Assembly (NCBI GenBank): GCA_002778465.1
Contig: PFBV01000003.1
Span: forward strand, 303,766-367,765
From: Candidatus Magasanikbacteria bacterium CG10_big_fil_rev_8_21_14_0_10_36_32
GTDB taxonomy: Bacteria; Patescibacteriota; Patescibacteriia; Magasanikbacterales; GWA2-37-8
DNA: 64,000 nucleotides
Direction: 5' to 3'
The position numbers and the translations under genes were made by a program. The notes beneath the pieces are model-generated. The model did no database searches and had not been told where the DNA came from. It was given only the letters and a program-made list of their open reading frames with translations. Shown here piece by piece: positions 47,494 through 57,356 of the stretch. Every line of letters begins with the position of its first letter. Position 1 is the stretch's first letter.

Positions 47494-48156
47494 ATGGGAA
47501 TTTCACGTCGGAAAAGGGGTTCGCATATTAATCCCCAATCCACACCTCAAATTGGCAAAGGTTCATTAATTTGTACGTTAAATAAAAATTGGATTGATCC
47601 CGAGTGGGACGATTGGGCGGTACACCCAAATGGTAATGTTATTTTGCGGCGTGGTCGGTTGTTTACTTTGAATGGTGTGACAAAATTATACCATGGTTAT
47701 TACGACGATTGGCGTCCGCATTATGAACATTCGTTGGTAATTCGCATTGGTAATTATTTTTTCCTTCCTAACGCTCGGCGAGTATTTTATAATGGTCCAT
47801 GGGACGATTGGCGTCCGCATCCAAATGGCGTGGTAATTCGTCTGAATAACCAATTTCTTTTGAATGGAAAAGATGAACTTTACAGAGGTCTTTGGGATGA
47901 GTGGGATGTACAACCCTACACAGGTAATATATATATCCGTTTGGGATTTCGGTTTTTTAATGACGAAGATGAAATTTACGCTGGTCCATGGGACGGCTGG
48001 GATGTGTCTCGCAGGGGATTGGTAATTCGTTGTGATGATTATTTTCGTTTAGACGGAAACAAACTGCTTTACTGTGGGCAGTGGGATGGTTGGCGCGCTC
48101 ACGTCAAAGGCGTTATTATTCGACGAAATAATAATTGGCGTGCCTACACCGGCTAA
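47494..48156 (+). CDS. Tandem-repeat protein with about six copies of a roughly 30-aa W-D-x-W...G-x-V-I-R...F-x-L-x-G...L-Y-x-G motif
   Basis: Repeats include WDDWRPHPNGVVIRLNNQFLLNGKDELYRGL, WDEWDVQPYTGNIYIRLGFRFFNDEDEIYAGP and WDGWDVSRRGLVIRCDDYFRLDGNKLLYCGQ. Confidence 0.5.
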   Translation: MGISRRKRGSHINPQSTPQIGKGSLICTLNKNWIDPEWDDWAVHPNGNVILRRGRLFTLNGVTKLYHGYYDDWRPHYEHSLVIRIGNYFFLPNARRVFYNGPWDDWRPHPNGVVIRLNNQFLLNGKDELYRGLWDEWDVQPYTGNIYIRLGFRFFNDEDEIYAGPWDGWDVSRRGLVIRCDDYFRLDGNKLLYCGQWDGWRAHVKGVIIRRNNNWRAYTG

Positions 48157-48177
48157 AATTATTTTTTGTTATTTTTT

Positions 48178-48204
48178 ACCCCGACTTCGGTCGGGGTTTT
48201 TTTA
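48178..48204 (+). terminator. Rho-independent terminator
   Basis: ACCCCGACttcgGTCGGGGT followed by TTTTTTT. Confidence 0.7.
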
Positions 48205-48281
48205 TTGTTCGCACAAGACTGTTCAGAAAATATAAATTAGGATAAAATACAAAGTGTAGAAAATAAAATTTAAAATAATTT

Positions 48282-48854
48282 ATGACTGAAATAAATAAAG
48301 TGAATGATAAAAACGGTTTTGTTCCAAAAGCATTTTGTGATGGAACAGAAGTATTTTTTTCATTTAAAAAGAAAACAGTGGAGCATACTGTCGGTTATTT
48401 TATTTTAGCGCCGTCAGGAGCGGGTAAAACACATTTTGTAAAAAACCAAAAAGAAAATCATTGGATTGACGGCGATCATCTTTGGATAGCGACAAACGCG
48501 CATCCGGATAGAGAATGGTGGCTTGAAAGCACAGTTTCCATGGACGAGATAGATCAGATGAGTGATATTATAACCATGCAAGCCAAAAAAATTGGATTAT
48601 GGGTTACCGGAGCTTCAAATAATTGGCTTCCACCAGATGCTGTTGTTTTACCGGATTGGAGAACGCACAAATCTTTCATTGTTAAACGCGAAAAAGAAAA
48701 TTATGACGGGGGAGCTAAAAGCAGTGATTTTAAGCAGGTTTTAGGTCACAGGGCTTATATTAAAAAAATAGCCCGGAAACACAAAACTCCGATTTTTAAA
48801 TCTATGGAAGACGCCGCAAATTATTTACAAAATAAATATAAAGAAAAACTATAG
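48282..48854 (+). CDS. Hypothetical P-loop NTPase (kinase-like)
   Basis: Walker A LAPSGAGKTHF about 40 aa from the N-terminus. Confidence 0.4.
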   Translation: MTEINKVNDKNGFVPKAFCDGTEVFFSFKKKTVEHTVGYFILAPSGAGKTHFVKNQKENHWIDGDHLWIATNAHPDREWWLESTVSMDEIDQMSDIITMQAKKIGLWVTGASNNWLPPDAVVLPDWRTHKSFIVKREKENYDGGAKSSDFKQVLGHRAYIKKIARKHKTPIFKSMEDAANYLQNKYKEKL

Positions 48855-49700
48855 TTCCAGTTTGAATTCTTTTCCTTCAGTATTAACAGTTGCATTTCCA
48901 TCCGAATCTAAGTCTATAGATAATCCCGCTCCGTATTCCACGGGCAGATATGTTTCCGGTAAAGACTTATTCAAAACATATTTTTTTGTCCAGGGACTTA
49001 TCGTATCATAATGAGAAACACACCAAATAGCCAGTCGGCTGTTTGGTTTTTCTTTGTGAAACAAAGAGGAATATCTTTTTAAAACTTCAAGAAATTTTTC
49101 TATTCGGTCAGCCATTTCTTCCGGTCCTTCAGCGCCCATTTTTTCTCTGGTTTCTTTTTCAGTCTCAGTTTCAAAAGCTACCCAAAAATCCTTAAAATCA
49201 GGATACTTTTCTTTTAAAAATTTAACGAAATCAGGAGATTGTTCAAACATATGAGGTTCACGAAGTTTTACAACAGGTTTGGGTCCGCCTTTTTCCGCTC
49301 CGCGATAATCTCTGGAGAGATTAAGTAAGTTTTTTTCGCTGATGCCGTTTTCTACCAATAATTTTTTAATTTTTTTGGCTATTATATCTGCTGTTTCCAT
49401 TGACCTTGCCCCATTGCCATTGTAGACAGTATCGCTCGCCAAAACCAGAAAGAATAAATTATTTCGTTCTTGGGGTGGAACTCGTTCAATTAAATTTTTG
49501 ATTCGTTGTTCACTTTCTTTGGTACCAGTTTCTTTCCCTTTGGCTGTTAAATGACCTGCCTCTGTAGAATTTGTATCTCTGACAAATTCTTCATGTCTCT
49601 GTAATAATATTCTAGTTTCTCCCATATCCAACGGTCCGGCTTCAATACTTTTATTTGTTATTTTTTCGATAGATGTGTTGAAAGTTTCGTGTTGTTTCAT
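48849..49700 (-). CDS. Histidine-phosphatase-superfamily (PGAM-like) protein
   Basis: LLQRHEE (RHG-like) near the N-terminus and CVSHYDTI (second catalytic His) near the C-terminus. Confidence 0.4.
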   Translation of the reverse strand: MKQHETFNTSIEKITNKSIEAGPLDMGETRILLQRHEEFVRDTNSTEAGHLTAKGKETGTKESEQRIKNLIERVPPQERNNLFFLVLASDTVYNGNGARSMETADIIAKKIKKLLVENGISEKNLLNLSRDYRGAEKGGPKPVVKLREPHMFEQSPDFVKFLKEKYPDFKDFWVAFETETEKETREKMGAEGPEEMADRIEKFLEVLKRYSSLFHKEKPNSRLAIWCVSHYDTISPWTKKYVLNKSLPETYLPVEYGAGLSIDLDSDGNATVNTEGKEFKLEL

Positions 49701-49825
49701 ATAATTTAAATTTATTTTTTTAAGATAAGTAGATTATAAAGTATAATTCAATTTTATTCCAGATAGCTCGGAATTGCAAGATGATTTTATATAAACAAAA
49801 CGACACAAATTATTGTGTCGTTTTG

Positions 49826-49847
49826 TTTTTGTGCCGCGAGTGGGAAT
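49826..49847. repeat. 22-bp direct repeat of the tRNA-Leu 3' end (second copy 50042-50063): att-site-like duplication
   Basis: TTTTTGTGCCGCGAGTGGGAAT is identical at both positions. The intervening roughly 195 bp are GC-rich. Confidence 0.6.
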
Positions 49848-49896
49848 TCCTCGTCGTCTCGCCGACCGCAACCGGCTCAACTCCTTGACCTGGGCA

Positions 49897-49928
49897 GCGT
49901 CGGACTTTCACTGAAAGTCCTCCGACGC
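49897..49928. repeat. Long GC-rich hairpin inside the GC-rich fragment next to tRNA-Leu
   Basis: GCGTCGGA-CTTTCAcTGAAAG-TCCTCCGACGC, nested inverted repeats. Confidence 0.5.
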
Positions 49929-50047
49929 TCCTCGCCTCATTTTTTCTTCCGAAAAAACTTCGGGCGTCGTTTCTGCCCGTTCGATTCCTTCTGTTCATGA
50001 TATATAAATAAAAACACCCCACGTATTGTGGAGTATTTTTATTTTTG

Positions 50048-50129
50048 TGCCGCGAGTGGGAATCGAACCCACACGACCGAAGCCGCAGGATTTTAAGTCC
50101 TGTGCGTCTACCAATTCCGCCATCGCGGC
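50048..50129 (-). tRNA. tRNA-Leu (anticodon TAA), class II with long variable arm
   Basis: Reverse complement GCCGCGATGGCGGAATTGGTAGACGCACAGGACTTAAAATCCTG-CGGCTTCGGTCGTG-TGGGTTCGATTCCCACTCGCGGCA. Confidence 0.85.
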
Positions 50130-50221
50130 TTAAAACAAAAAAATAATATCATAATTCCAATAAAAAATCAAGAGCTTATTATATTATATATAGATAGCAG
50201 AGGAGGTTGATTCGTGGTATA

Positions 50222-52015
50222 ATGATTTATATGAGACCAATAAATAATCAAATGGTTGGTTTTACGTTAATTGAAGTTATTGTCGCGATAGCTATTTTTG
50301 CGTTATTTTCTTTTGGGGTTTTTGAAGGAGTGAGATTTATTTATAAAGTAGTTTATGTTTCACGTATTAGAATTTTGGAAACAGCCTTATTAAGTGAAGA
50401 ATTAGAAATAGTTCGCAATGTATCATATGGTGATGTTGGTATTTCAGGTGGTGTACCGTCTGGAATTTTAGAACATGAAAAAACTGTTACTAAAAATGGT
50501 ATTAATTTTAATTTAATAACGACCGTAAGAAATATTGATGATAGTTTTGATGGTACGATTGGTGGTGAACCCAATGATGTTTCTCCGGCTGATTATAAGT
50601 TGGTTGAAATTTCAGCTATTTGTTCAAACTGTGAGCAGAAAGAACCTGTCATTGTCAGTGCCAGAGTTTCCCCCAAACAACTTGAAGGTGCCAGTGATAA
50701 TGGTGCTTTATTTATTCAAGTATTTGATGCTAATGGTTTACCCGTTGAAGGAGCCAATGTTTATGTAATAAACACTTCAACTTCGCCGGATACTATTATA
50801 GATGACACAACCGATTCAACTGGTTTTCTTCGTATTATTGATACGCCAACAGGTACTTTAAGTTATAATATTTTAGTTACCAAAGATGGTTATTCTTCTG
50901 ATTATACGGTTACATCTTCAGTTGCCAATCCTAATCCTATAATACCCCCAGCCACTGTGATTAGTCAGTCTATTACTGATGTTAGTTTTTCAATTGATAG
51001 GTTGAGTTCAATGGATATTTCAACAGTCAATCAAGGTTGTGCAGCTGTTGGCAGTGTAAAGGTTTTTATGTATGGTGATAAAATTTTAGGAACCGATCCG
51101 TCAATTTATAAATATTCAAGTGGTTTCTATACTGATGGTAGCGGTAACTATAGTTTTCCATCATTGGAATGGGATAAGTATTTTATTGTGGTTACCACCA
51201 CCTATGATGTGGCCGGTTCAATTCCTCTTTTACCTGTTAATTTGACACCAGGTTTACATCAAGAAGCAACATTGGTTTTGCGAACCCACACAACCAATTC
51301 TTTGTTGGTGCAAGTTAAAGATGCTGGTACCGGATTGCCGCTGTCTGACACTAGTGTGCGTTTATATAAAACCGGGTATGATTCAACATTGGTTACGGGT
51401 TTTGGTTATGTTAGACAGACTGATTGGGGCGGTGGCAGCGGACAAACTTTGTTTATTAATGAAACAAAATATTGGACTGACAATGGAAATATTTCAGCTT
51501 CTTCTGGAGATGTTAAGTTAAAAAAATCAGGCAGTCATTACGCGACCAGCGGTTGGTTAGAATCGTCAACTTTTGATTTGGGAACAGTGGTTGATTTTAG
51601 TAATATAGTTATTTCCGGCAATCAACCGGCGCAAACCGGAGTTAATTCATTAAAATTTTATATTGCTACCAGTAATTCAAGTACACCGGTCAGTTGGAAT
51701 TTTGTTGGTCCCGATGGTACGGCAGGAACTTATTATACGGTGACCAGTACATTGATTAATAGCATGCATGATGACCAGCGTTATTTGCGTTATCGCGCGT
51801 TTTTAACTACTACTGACAACCATTATACGCCGACATTGTCTGAATTGGCTTTTACTTTTACTACCGGTTGTACGCCGCCGGGTCAAGTATTTTTTTATTC
51901 TTTATCCGCCGATGATTATGTTTGCGAACTAACTCGTAGTGGTTATGCTTCGTCCAGTAGCACAATAACTATTTCGGGCAACAATACTTTAACCGCTTTT
52001 ATGTCACCAGAATAA
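50222..52015 (+). CDS. Large (about 600 aa) protein with type IV prepilin N-terminal cleavage/methylation motif. Start uncertain (ORF track 50207 TTG; ATG at 50222 or 50231)
   Basis: ...NNQMVG|FTLIEVIVAIAIFALFSF is the classic G/FTLIE prepilin signature plus hydrophobic helix. AGGAGG at 50201-50206. Confidence 0.6.
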   Translation: MIYMRPINNQMVGFTLIEVIVAIAIFALFSFGVFEGVRFIYKVVYVSRIRILETALLSEELEIVRNVSYGDVGISGGVPSGILEHEKTVTKNGINFNLITTVRNIDDSFDGTIGGEPNDVSPADYKLVEISAICSNCEQKEPVIVSARVSPKQLEGASDNGALFIQVFDANGLPVEGANVYVINTSTSPDTIIDDTTDSTGFLRIIDTPTGTLSYNILVTKDGYSSDYTVTSSVANPNPIIPPATVISQSITDVSFSIDRLSSMDISTVNQGCAAVGSVKVFMYGDKILGTDPSIYKYSSGFYTDGSGNYSFPSLEWDKYFIVVTTTYDVAGSIPLLPVNLTPGLHQEATLVLRTHTTNSLLVQVKDAGTGLPLSDTSVRLYKTGYDSTLVTGFGYVRQTDWGGGSGQTLFINETKYWTDNGNISASSGDVKLKKSGSHYATSGWLESSTFDLGTVVDFSNIVISGNQPAQTGVNSLKFYIATSNSSTPVSWNFVGPDGTAGTYYTVTSTLINSMHDDQRYLRYRAFLTTTDNHYTPTLSELAFTFTTGCTPPGQVFFYSLSADDYVCELTRSGYASSSSTITISGNNTLTAFMSPE

Positions 52016-52017
52016 TT

Positions 52018-52635
52018 ATGAAATTATTTTGTCAAGACAAACGAGGATTAACTTTGATAGAACTTTTAGTTAGTATTGGTATTTTTGTTTTGGTATCTGC
52101 CGCTCTAGCTTCTATTTTAAGTGTTGTGTTTCAAGCCAGAACAATTATTTGGGAACAATTATCTACTCAAAAAGAAGGTCGTCAGATTGTGCAAGATTTT
52201 ACCAATGAATTGCGTAGTGCGACTGCGTCGTCAATCGGTGCTTATTCTTTGGAATCAGCACAAAATGATGAAATTATTTTTTACAGCAATATAGACAGCG
52301 ATAGTTGGAGAGAACGAATTAGATATTTTTTGTCAGATGGAATATTACAAAAAGGAATTACAAAACCTAGTGGCACCCCTTTGGGTTACTCTACCTCAAC
52401 CGACGAAGTTATTACGGAGATGATACATGATGTTATTAATGGAACCACTACGCCAGTTTTTTATTACTATGATGAAAACTACACTGGTTCGGAGAACCCG
52501 ATGACGTTGCCAATTGTATTGTCAGAGGTTAGGGTGGTCGGTATAAAATTAATTTTGGAGGAAAATCCGCGGATGTCGCCAGCGCCATTGCAAGTTGAAA
52601 CTAAAGCGCAAATTAGAAATCTAAAAAGCAATTGA
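52018..52635 (+). CDS. Type IV pilin/pseudopilin-like protein
   Basis: KRG|LTLIELLVSIGIFVLVSAALASIL prepilin motif. Confidence 0.6.
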   Translation: MKLFCQDKRGLTLIELLVSIGIFVLVSAALASILSVVFQARTIIWEQLSTQKEGRQIVQDFTNELRSATASSIGAYSLESAQNDEIIFYSNIDSDSWRERIRYFLSDGILQKGITKPSGTPLGYSTSTDEVITEMIHDVINGTTTPVFYYYDENYTGSENPMTLPIVLSEVRVVGIKLILEENPRMSPAPLQVETKAQIRNLKSN

Positions 52636-52645
52636 TTGTATTGTT

Positions 52646-54037
52646 ATGATTAAAATTAGTTTTTTTAAAAATTCGTTTAAATTTGATTGTCGTGGCAATA
52701 TTATGATATTTGCAGTAATTTTTGGTGTAATTGCCACATCAGTTGTGACCATAGCCATCTCTAGTTATGCAATTTTTGAAAATCGTGCTTCTCTTAGTAA
52801 ACATAATCGCGAACAAGCCTTTCAAATTGCTGAGGCGGGAATTGATTATTACCGTTGGCATTTAGCTCACGATAAAGCCGATTATTATGATGGTAATAGT
52901 AGTTCTACACCCGGACCGTATGTTCATGAATATCAGGATAAAGATGGTAATCCAATAGGATATTTTTCTCTAGTTATTACTCCGCCAGTATCAACCTCAA
53001 CTATTATTTTAATAGAATCAACCGGTTGGGTGAATGATCAGCCGAATAGTCGCAGAACCATAAAAGCACGGTTGGGTTTTCCGGCCATGACTGATTATTC
53101 TTTTTTAACTAAAACAGATGTTTGGATTGGCGATACGGAAGTGACTCACGGAAAGTTTCATGCTAATGGCGGTATTAGATTTGATGGAACCGGTGATGCG
53201 CCAATTACCAGTGCTGTGGAAACCTATATTTGTAAAGCTCATCATGGTTGCGGTTGGGTATCAAAACCTGGAATTTGGGGAACGGGTGGTCCGACATTGT
53301 ATTGGGAATACCCTGTGCCGGCAGTCGATTTTAATATTGTCACTGCTAAGTTGGCCAATATTAAGTATACAGCCGATTCAGATGAAGGATTGTATTTAAC
53401 TTCATCCGGACAACAGGGTTATCGTTTACAATTTACTGCCGATGGTCAAATTAATGTTAATAAAGTTTTAACCACTGATTGTCATGATGGTTATGATGTA
53501 GACGCCAGTCATAAGACACTTTTTTGCATTGATGCCAAAACTTTTGACACCACCACAACTTATAATATGCCGACTAATGGTTATATATATGTTGATGATA
53601 CAGTTTGGGTTAATGGAATAGTTAATGGGCGAGCTACCATAGGCACAGCCGAAGACAAAGATATTATCATTAATGATGATATTATTTATGTTGCCAAAGA
53701 CGGTAATCATGTTTTGGGTTTAATTTCAGAACAAAATATTTTATTACCTTATCATTCCCCGGAAGATTTAGAAGTTGATGCGGCAATTTTGGCGCAAAAT
53801 GGCGCGGCTAAACGTTATTATTATTCAGGTAATACAAAAGACAGTTTGTTGATTTATGGTTGTGTTATTTCTAACGGAACATGGACTTGGAGTTGGGTGT
53901 CTGGTGGCGGTTCAATTGTTTCCGGTTATGAATATACCAATTCTACTTATGATGCTAATCTAACTTATAGCCCGCCACCCGGTTTTCCGGTAGGTTCGGA
54001 ATACAATATTATCAGCTGGGAAGAAATCAAGCCTTAA
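52646..54037 (+). CDS. PilX-N-like minor pilin / pilus-associated protein
   Basis: N-terminal hydrophobic helix then NREQAFQIAEAGIDYYRWHL resembling the PilX N-terminal domain (QAFYAAEAG). Confidence 0.4.
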   Translation: MIKISFFKNSFKFDCRGNIMIFAVIFGVIATSVVTIAISSYAIFENRASLSKHNREQAFQIAEAGIDYYRWHLAHDKADYYDGNSSSTPGPYVHEYQDKDGNPIGYFSLVITPPVSTSTIILIESTGWVNDQPNSRRTIKARLGFPAMTDYSFLTKTDVWIGDTEVTHGKFHANGGIRFDGTGDAPITSAVETYICKAHHGCGWVSKPGIWGTGGPTLYWEYPVPAVDFNIVTAKLANIKYTADSDEGLYLTSSGQQGYRLQFTADGQINVNKVLTTDCHDGYDVDASHKTLFCIDAKTFDTTTTYNMPTNGYIYVDDTVWVNGIVNGRATIGTAEDKDIIINDDIIYVAKDGNHVLGLISEQNILLPYHSPEDLEVDAAILAQNGAAKRYYYSGNTKDSLLIYGCVISNGTWTWSWVSGGGSIVSGYEYTNSTYDANLTYSPPPGFPVGSEYNIISWEEIKP

Positions 54038-54120
54038 TTAAAAATCTTGCTGAATGTTGCGAAAAAAAAGGCGGTTTGATATACTATTTTTAAAATAAGG
54101 CAGTTAATTTTTTAATTTTT

Positions 54121-54969
54121 ATGACAAAACAAATAGTTACAAAAGGAGTTATTACTGTCGCGGGTTTGGGAACGAGATTTTTACCGGTCACAAAAGCTAT
54201 GCCGAAAGAAATGTTGCCGGTTTTAGACAAACCAGTTGTACAGTATATTGTGGAAGAAATGGCTGCCAGTGGTATAAAAGAAATTATTTTTGTTACCAGC
54301 TCGCAGAAACGTGCCATTGAAGATCATTTTGATCATGATAGACAGTTAGAAAGTGTTTTAAAAGAAAAAGGTAAATACGACAGTATTAAACCGCTAGTGG
54401 AATTAATTGATAAATTACGTTTTTTTTATACTCGTCAATCAGAACCTTTGGGAAACGGGCACGCTTTATTGTGTGCCAAAGAATTTATTGGCGATGAACC
54501 GTTTGTTTTTTCAGATGGCGACAGTATTATTGACAGTCAGGTGCCGGTTATTAAACAACTATTAGATATTTATTATAAAAAAAACGCATCGGTCATTGGA
54601 GTACAAAGTATAGATAATAAAACGGATATGACTAAGTATGGCAATGTGTATGGTACAAAAACCGATGAGCCAAAAATTTATAAAGTAGAAAAATTTTTAG
54701 AAAAACCTTCAATTGAGGAGGTTTCCCCGCTTGGTTTGATTGTGGGTGGCATGAGATATGTTTTTACCAAGGATATTTGGCCTTTATTAGAAAAACAAGG
54801 CAGAGGAAGCGGTGGAGAAATTTGGTTGGCTGACGCAGCTAATCAGTTGTCTCAAGAAAAACCTTTTTATGCTTGTGAATATGAAGGAAAATATTTTGAT
54901 ACAGGTAATAAGTTGGCATTACTTAAAACAGCTATGTATTTTGCCAAGAAGGAAGGTTTGTTAGATTAA
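54121..54969 (+). CDS. galU: UTP--glucose-1-phosphate uridylyltransferase
   Basis: VITVAGLGTRFLPVTKAMPKEMLPVLDKPVVQYIVEE signature. Confidence 0.85.
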   Translation: MTKQIVTKGVITVAGLGTRFLPVTKAMPKEMLPVLDKPVVQYIVEEMAASGIKEIIFVTSSQKRAIEDHFDHDRQLESVLKEKGKYDSIKPLVELIDKLRFFYTRQSEPLGNGHALLCAKEFIGDEPFVFSDGDSIIDSQVPVIKQLLDIYYKKNASVIGVQSIDNKTDMTKYGNVYGTKTDEPKIYKVEKFLEKPSIEEVSPLGLIVGGMRYVFTKDIWPLLEKQGRGSGGEIWLADAANQLSQEKPFYACEYEGKYFDTGNKLALLKTAMYFAKKEGLLD

Positions 54970-55022
54970 TGATATTTTTTGTGTTATAATACTTCGGCAT
55001 TAAGATACAATTATCAAATCGT

Positions 55023-56423
55023 ATGATTAAAATTACAAAGAAATTTTATCCCCTATTTTTAGTAGTGGTTTTTTTATTATTTTCAGGTTTTGGCTGTAAA
55101 GGATTATCACAAACTGAATTGCAAGCTACAAAATCTGTGGAATTGGAATACTGGACAGTTTATGATGATGTTGATGCAATGCAAGCTCAAATTAATAATT
55201 ATCGAGCGCAAAGACCGTATTTGACTGTAACAATAAGACAATTGCGAGCTGATGAGTTATATCCGCGTTTGATTGAAGCTTTAGCGGAAGATAAGGGTCC
55301 TGATATTGTTTCGGTTCAGGCAAAAAATATTCGCAGTTTTCAAAGTAAATTGGCAACCATGCCATCCAGTGTAAAAGACACTACAATTACAGTTCAAAAA
55401 AATGTGGTTGGTACAGAAACAATAGTTAATACCGCTTCAATAAATTTACCCTCGGTTAGTCAGATTGACAGAGAATATGTTCAAACAGTTAAAAAGGATG
55501 TAATTGTTGATAACAAAATTTATGGTTTGCCAATGTCTTTAGATACTATGGCAATTTATTATAATAAAGATCTATTAGATCGTTCCGGCGTGCCGGAACC
55601 GCCAACAAATTGGAACGATTTTCAGGCGGCGGTTAGAAAGATTACAAAATACAACAAAGAAACAGGACAACTTATTCAGTCCGGTGCGGCTTTGGGCAGT
55701 AGTGCGAATATAGAAAATTTTGATGATATTTTATATATTCTTTTTAAACAAAGCGATGTGGATTTTATAGATAGAAATGGCCGGGTCGCCTTTCATGTTG
55801 TGCCAAGTAATTTAAAAAGTTCCGAGTCACCGTCTACAGGAGTGATGAGTTTTTATACCGATTTTGCTAATTCTGCTCGCGATACATATACTTGGAATTC
55901 CCAAATGGAAAATTCTTTAGACAGTTTTACCAAAGGGAAAGTCGCTTTCTTTTTTGGGTATAGTTATCATAATGGTATAATTAAGACTCGCGCTCCGCAA
56001 CTTAATTATGGCGTTACTCCGATGATTCAGCTTAATGCTGAAAAACCAGTTAACGCGGCGGATTATTGGATTCAAGCGGTGGTGCAGAAATCAAAAAAAC
56101 AAAATGAAGCATGGGGTTTGATAAATTATTTAACTCACAGTTCAAAAGCGGTTGAAGAATATTTAACTGCCACCAAGCGACCTGCCGCTATGCGTTCATT
56201 AATTAATAAACAAAAAGAAGATGTTGATTTGTCTCCATTTGCCGGGCAATTACTTATCGCTGAAAATTGGTATCGTGGTAAAAATTATGATGGTGCCTCG
56301 CAAGCTCTTGGCGCTATGGTTGAAGAATGGTTAAATACACCGATTACCGATGCCAGTCGAGTAGCTCAGTGGCAACAAGATGTTTTGAATCGCGCCGCTT
56401 CGAAAGTTAATCAAACTTTTTAG
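55023..56423 (+). CDS. Extracellular solute-binding lipoprotein (ABC transporter SBP family 1-like)
   Basis: Lipobox LFSGFGC; size and pattern are consistent with a sugar-type SBP. Confidence 0.45.
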   Translation: MIKITKKFYPLFLVVVFLLFSGFGCKGLSQTELQATKSVELEYWTVYDDVDAMQAQINNYRAQRPYLTVTIRQLRADELYPRLIEALAEDKGPDIVSVQAKNIRSFQSKLATMPSSVKDTTITVQKNVVGTETIVNTASINLPSVSQIDREYVQTVKKDVIVDNKIYGLPMSLDTMAIYYNKDLLDRSGVPEPPTNWNDFQAAVRKITKYNKETGQLIQSGAALGSSANIENFDDILYILFKQSDVDFIDRNGRVAFHVVPSNLKSSESPSTGVMSFYTDFANSARDTYTWNSQMENSLDSFTKGKVAFFFGYSYHNGIIKTRAPQLNYGVTPMIQLNAEKPVNAADYWIQAVVQKSKKQNEAWGLINYLTHSSKAVEEYLTATKRPAAMRSLINKQKEDVDLSPFAGQLLIAENWYRGKNYDGASQALGAMVEEWLNTPITDASRVAQWQQDVLNRAASKVNQTF

Positions 56424-56424
56424 T

Positions 56425-56865
56425 ATGAAATCCATTTTAAAATTAATTGTTATTTTAATTTGTTTACAGTTTTTATTGTTACCGTCGGATGCGGTTTTTG
56501 CTCAAGAAACAAGCGCTCAGTCGTCTGGTTTTCTTCCGGAATGTATATTAAACGGGGATATTAGCGGGGGACAATGCGGTGACAGTGCGGATATATTTTT
56601 ATGGTTAGCAATTAATGTTGGACGCTATTTGTTTTCGTTTATTGGAGCTTTGGCTTTATTATTTTTTGTTTATGGTGGTGTAATTTTAATTACCTCTCAA
56701 GGTAATCGTGAAAATGTCAGCAAGGGAACCAAAGCAATGGTGGCCGCCGTTACAGGTTTGGTGATTGCTTTTAGTGGTTATGCTTTAATTACTTTCCTTA
56801 GTCAATCGGTTGGAGTTAAATCTGAATTTTTATTAACTCCACAAAATACTGCTACTAAAAAATAA
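56425..56865 (+). CDS. Pilin-like array member 1: secreted two-helix protein (VirB2/TrbC-like topology)
   Basis: Signal peptide ...DAVFA|QE. Helix 1 LFSFIGALALLFFVYGGVILITSQGNRENVSKGTK, then helix 2 AMVAAVTGLVIAFSGYALITF. Confidence 0.5.
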   Translation: MKSILKLIVILICLQFLLLPSDAVFAQETSAQSSGFLPECILNGDISGGQCGDSADIFLWLAINVGRYLFSFIGALALLFFVYGGVILITSQGNRENVSKGTKAMVAAVTGLVIAFSGYALITFLSQSVGVKSEFLLTPQNTATKK

Positions 56866-56869
56866 ATTT

Positions 56870-57346
56870 ATGAAATTTTTAAGAGTTAAAATTTTAATTT
56901 GTTTGTTGGTTAGTTTATTTTTGGTTGCCAGTGTAAAAGCTGAAGAATGTGACCCTCTTTATCAATCATGTGAAGGACAGTCAGTTGAATCTGCTGAACA
57001 AGAATTGCAAGATATTTTGGGTGAATCACAATCGGTTCAAGAACCAAGCACTCAAGCAGAAGTGTATGAATTTAAAAATATTAAAAAACAAGCGGCCAGT
57101 TTGAATCCGTTGAATATTTCTGGTCCGTCTGATTTGTTTGCTAATGCTATAAATTTAATGATGGCCTTTATTGGTTCAATCGCCATCCTTTTATATATTT
57201 ACGCTGGATTTTTGTGGATGTCTGCCGCTGGTAATTCTGAACGGGTCGGTAAAGCTAAAACTATTCTTATTTGGACTACTTTAGGTGCGGTTGCTATGGG
57301 TGCCAGTTATATGATAGTTAAAACCGTGCTTGAGAAAGTGGGTTAA
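56870..57346 (+). CDS. Pilin-like array member 2
   Basis: Signal ...VKA|EE; IAILLYIYAGFLWMSAAGNSERVGKAKTILIWTTLGAVAMGASYMIV. Confidence 0.55.
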   Translation: MKFLRVKILICLLVSLFLVASVKAEECDPLYQSCEGQSVESAEQELQDILGESQSVQEPSTQAEVYEFKNIKKQAASLNPLNISGPSDLFANAINLMMAFIGSIAILLYIYAGFLWMSAAGNSERVGKAKTILIWTTLGAVAMGASYMIVKTVLEKVG

Positions 57347-57356
57347 TTATTATTTT

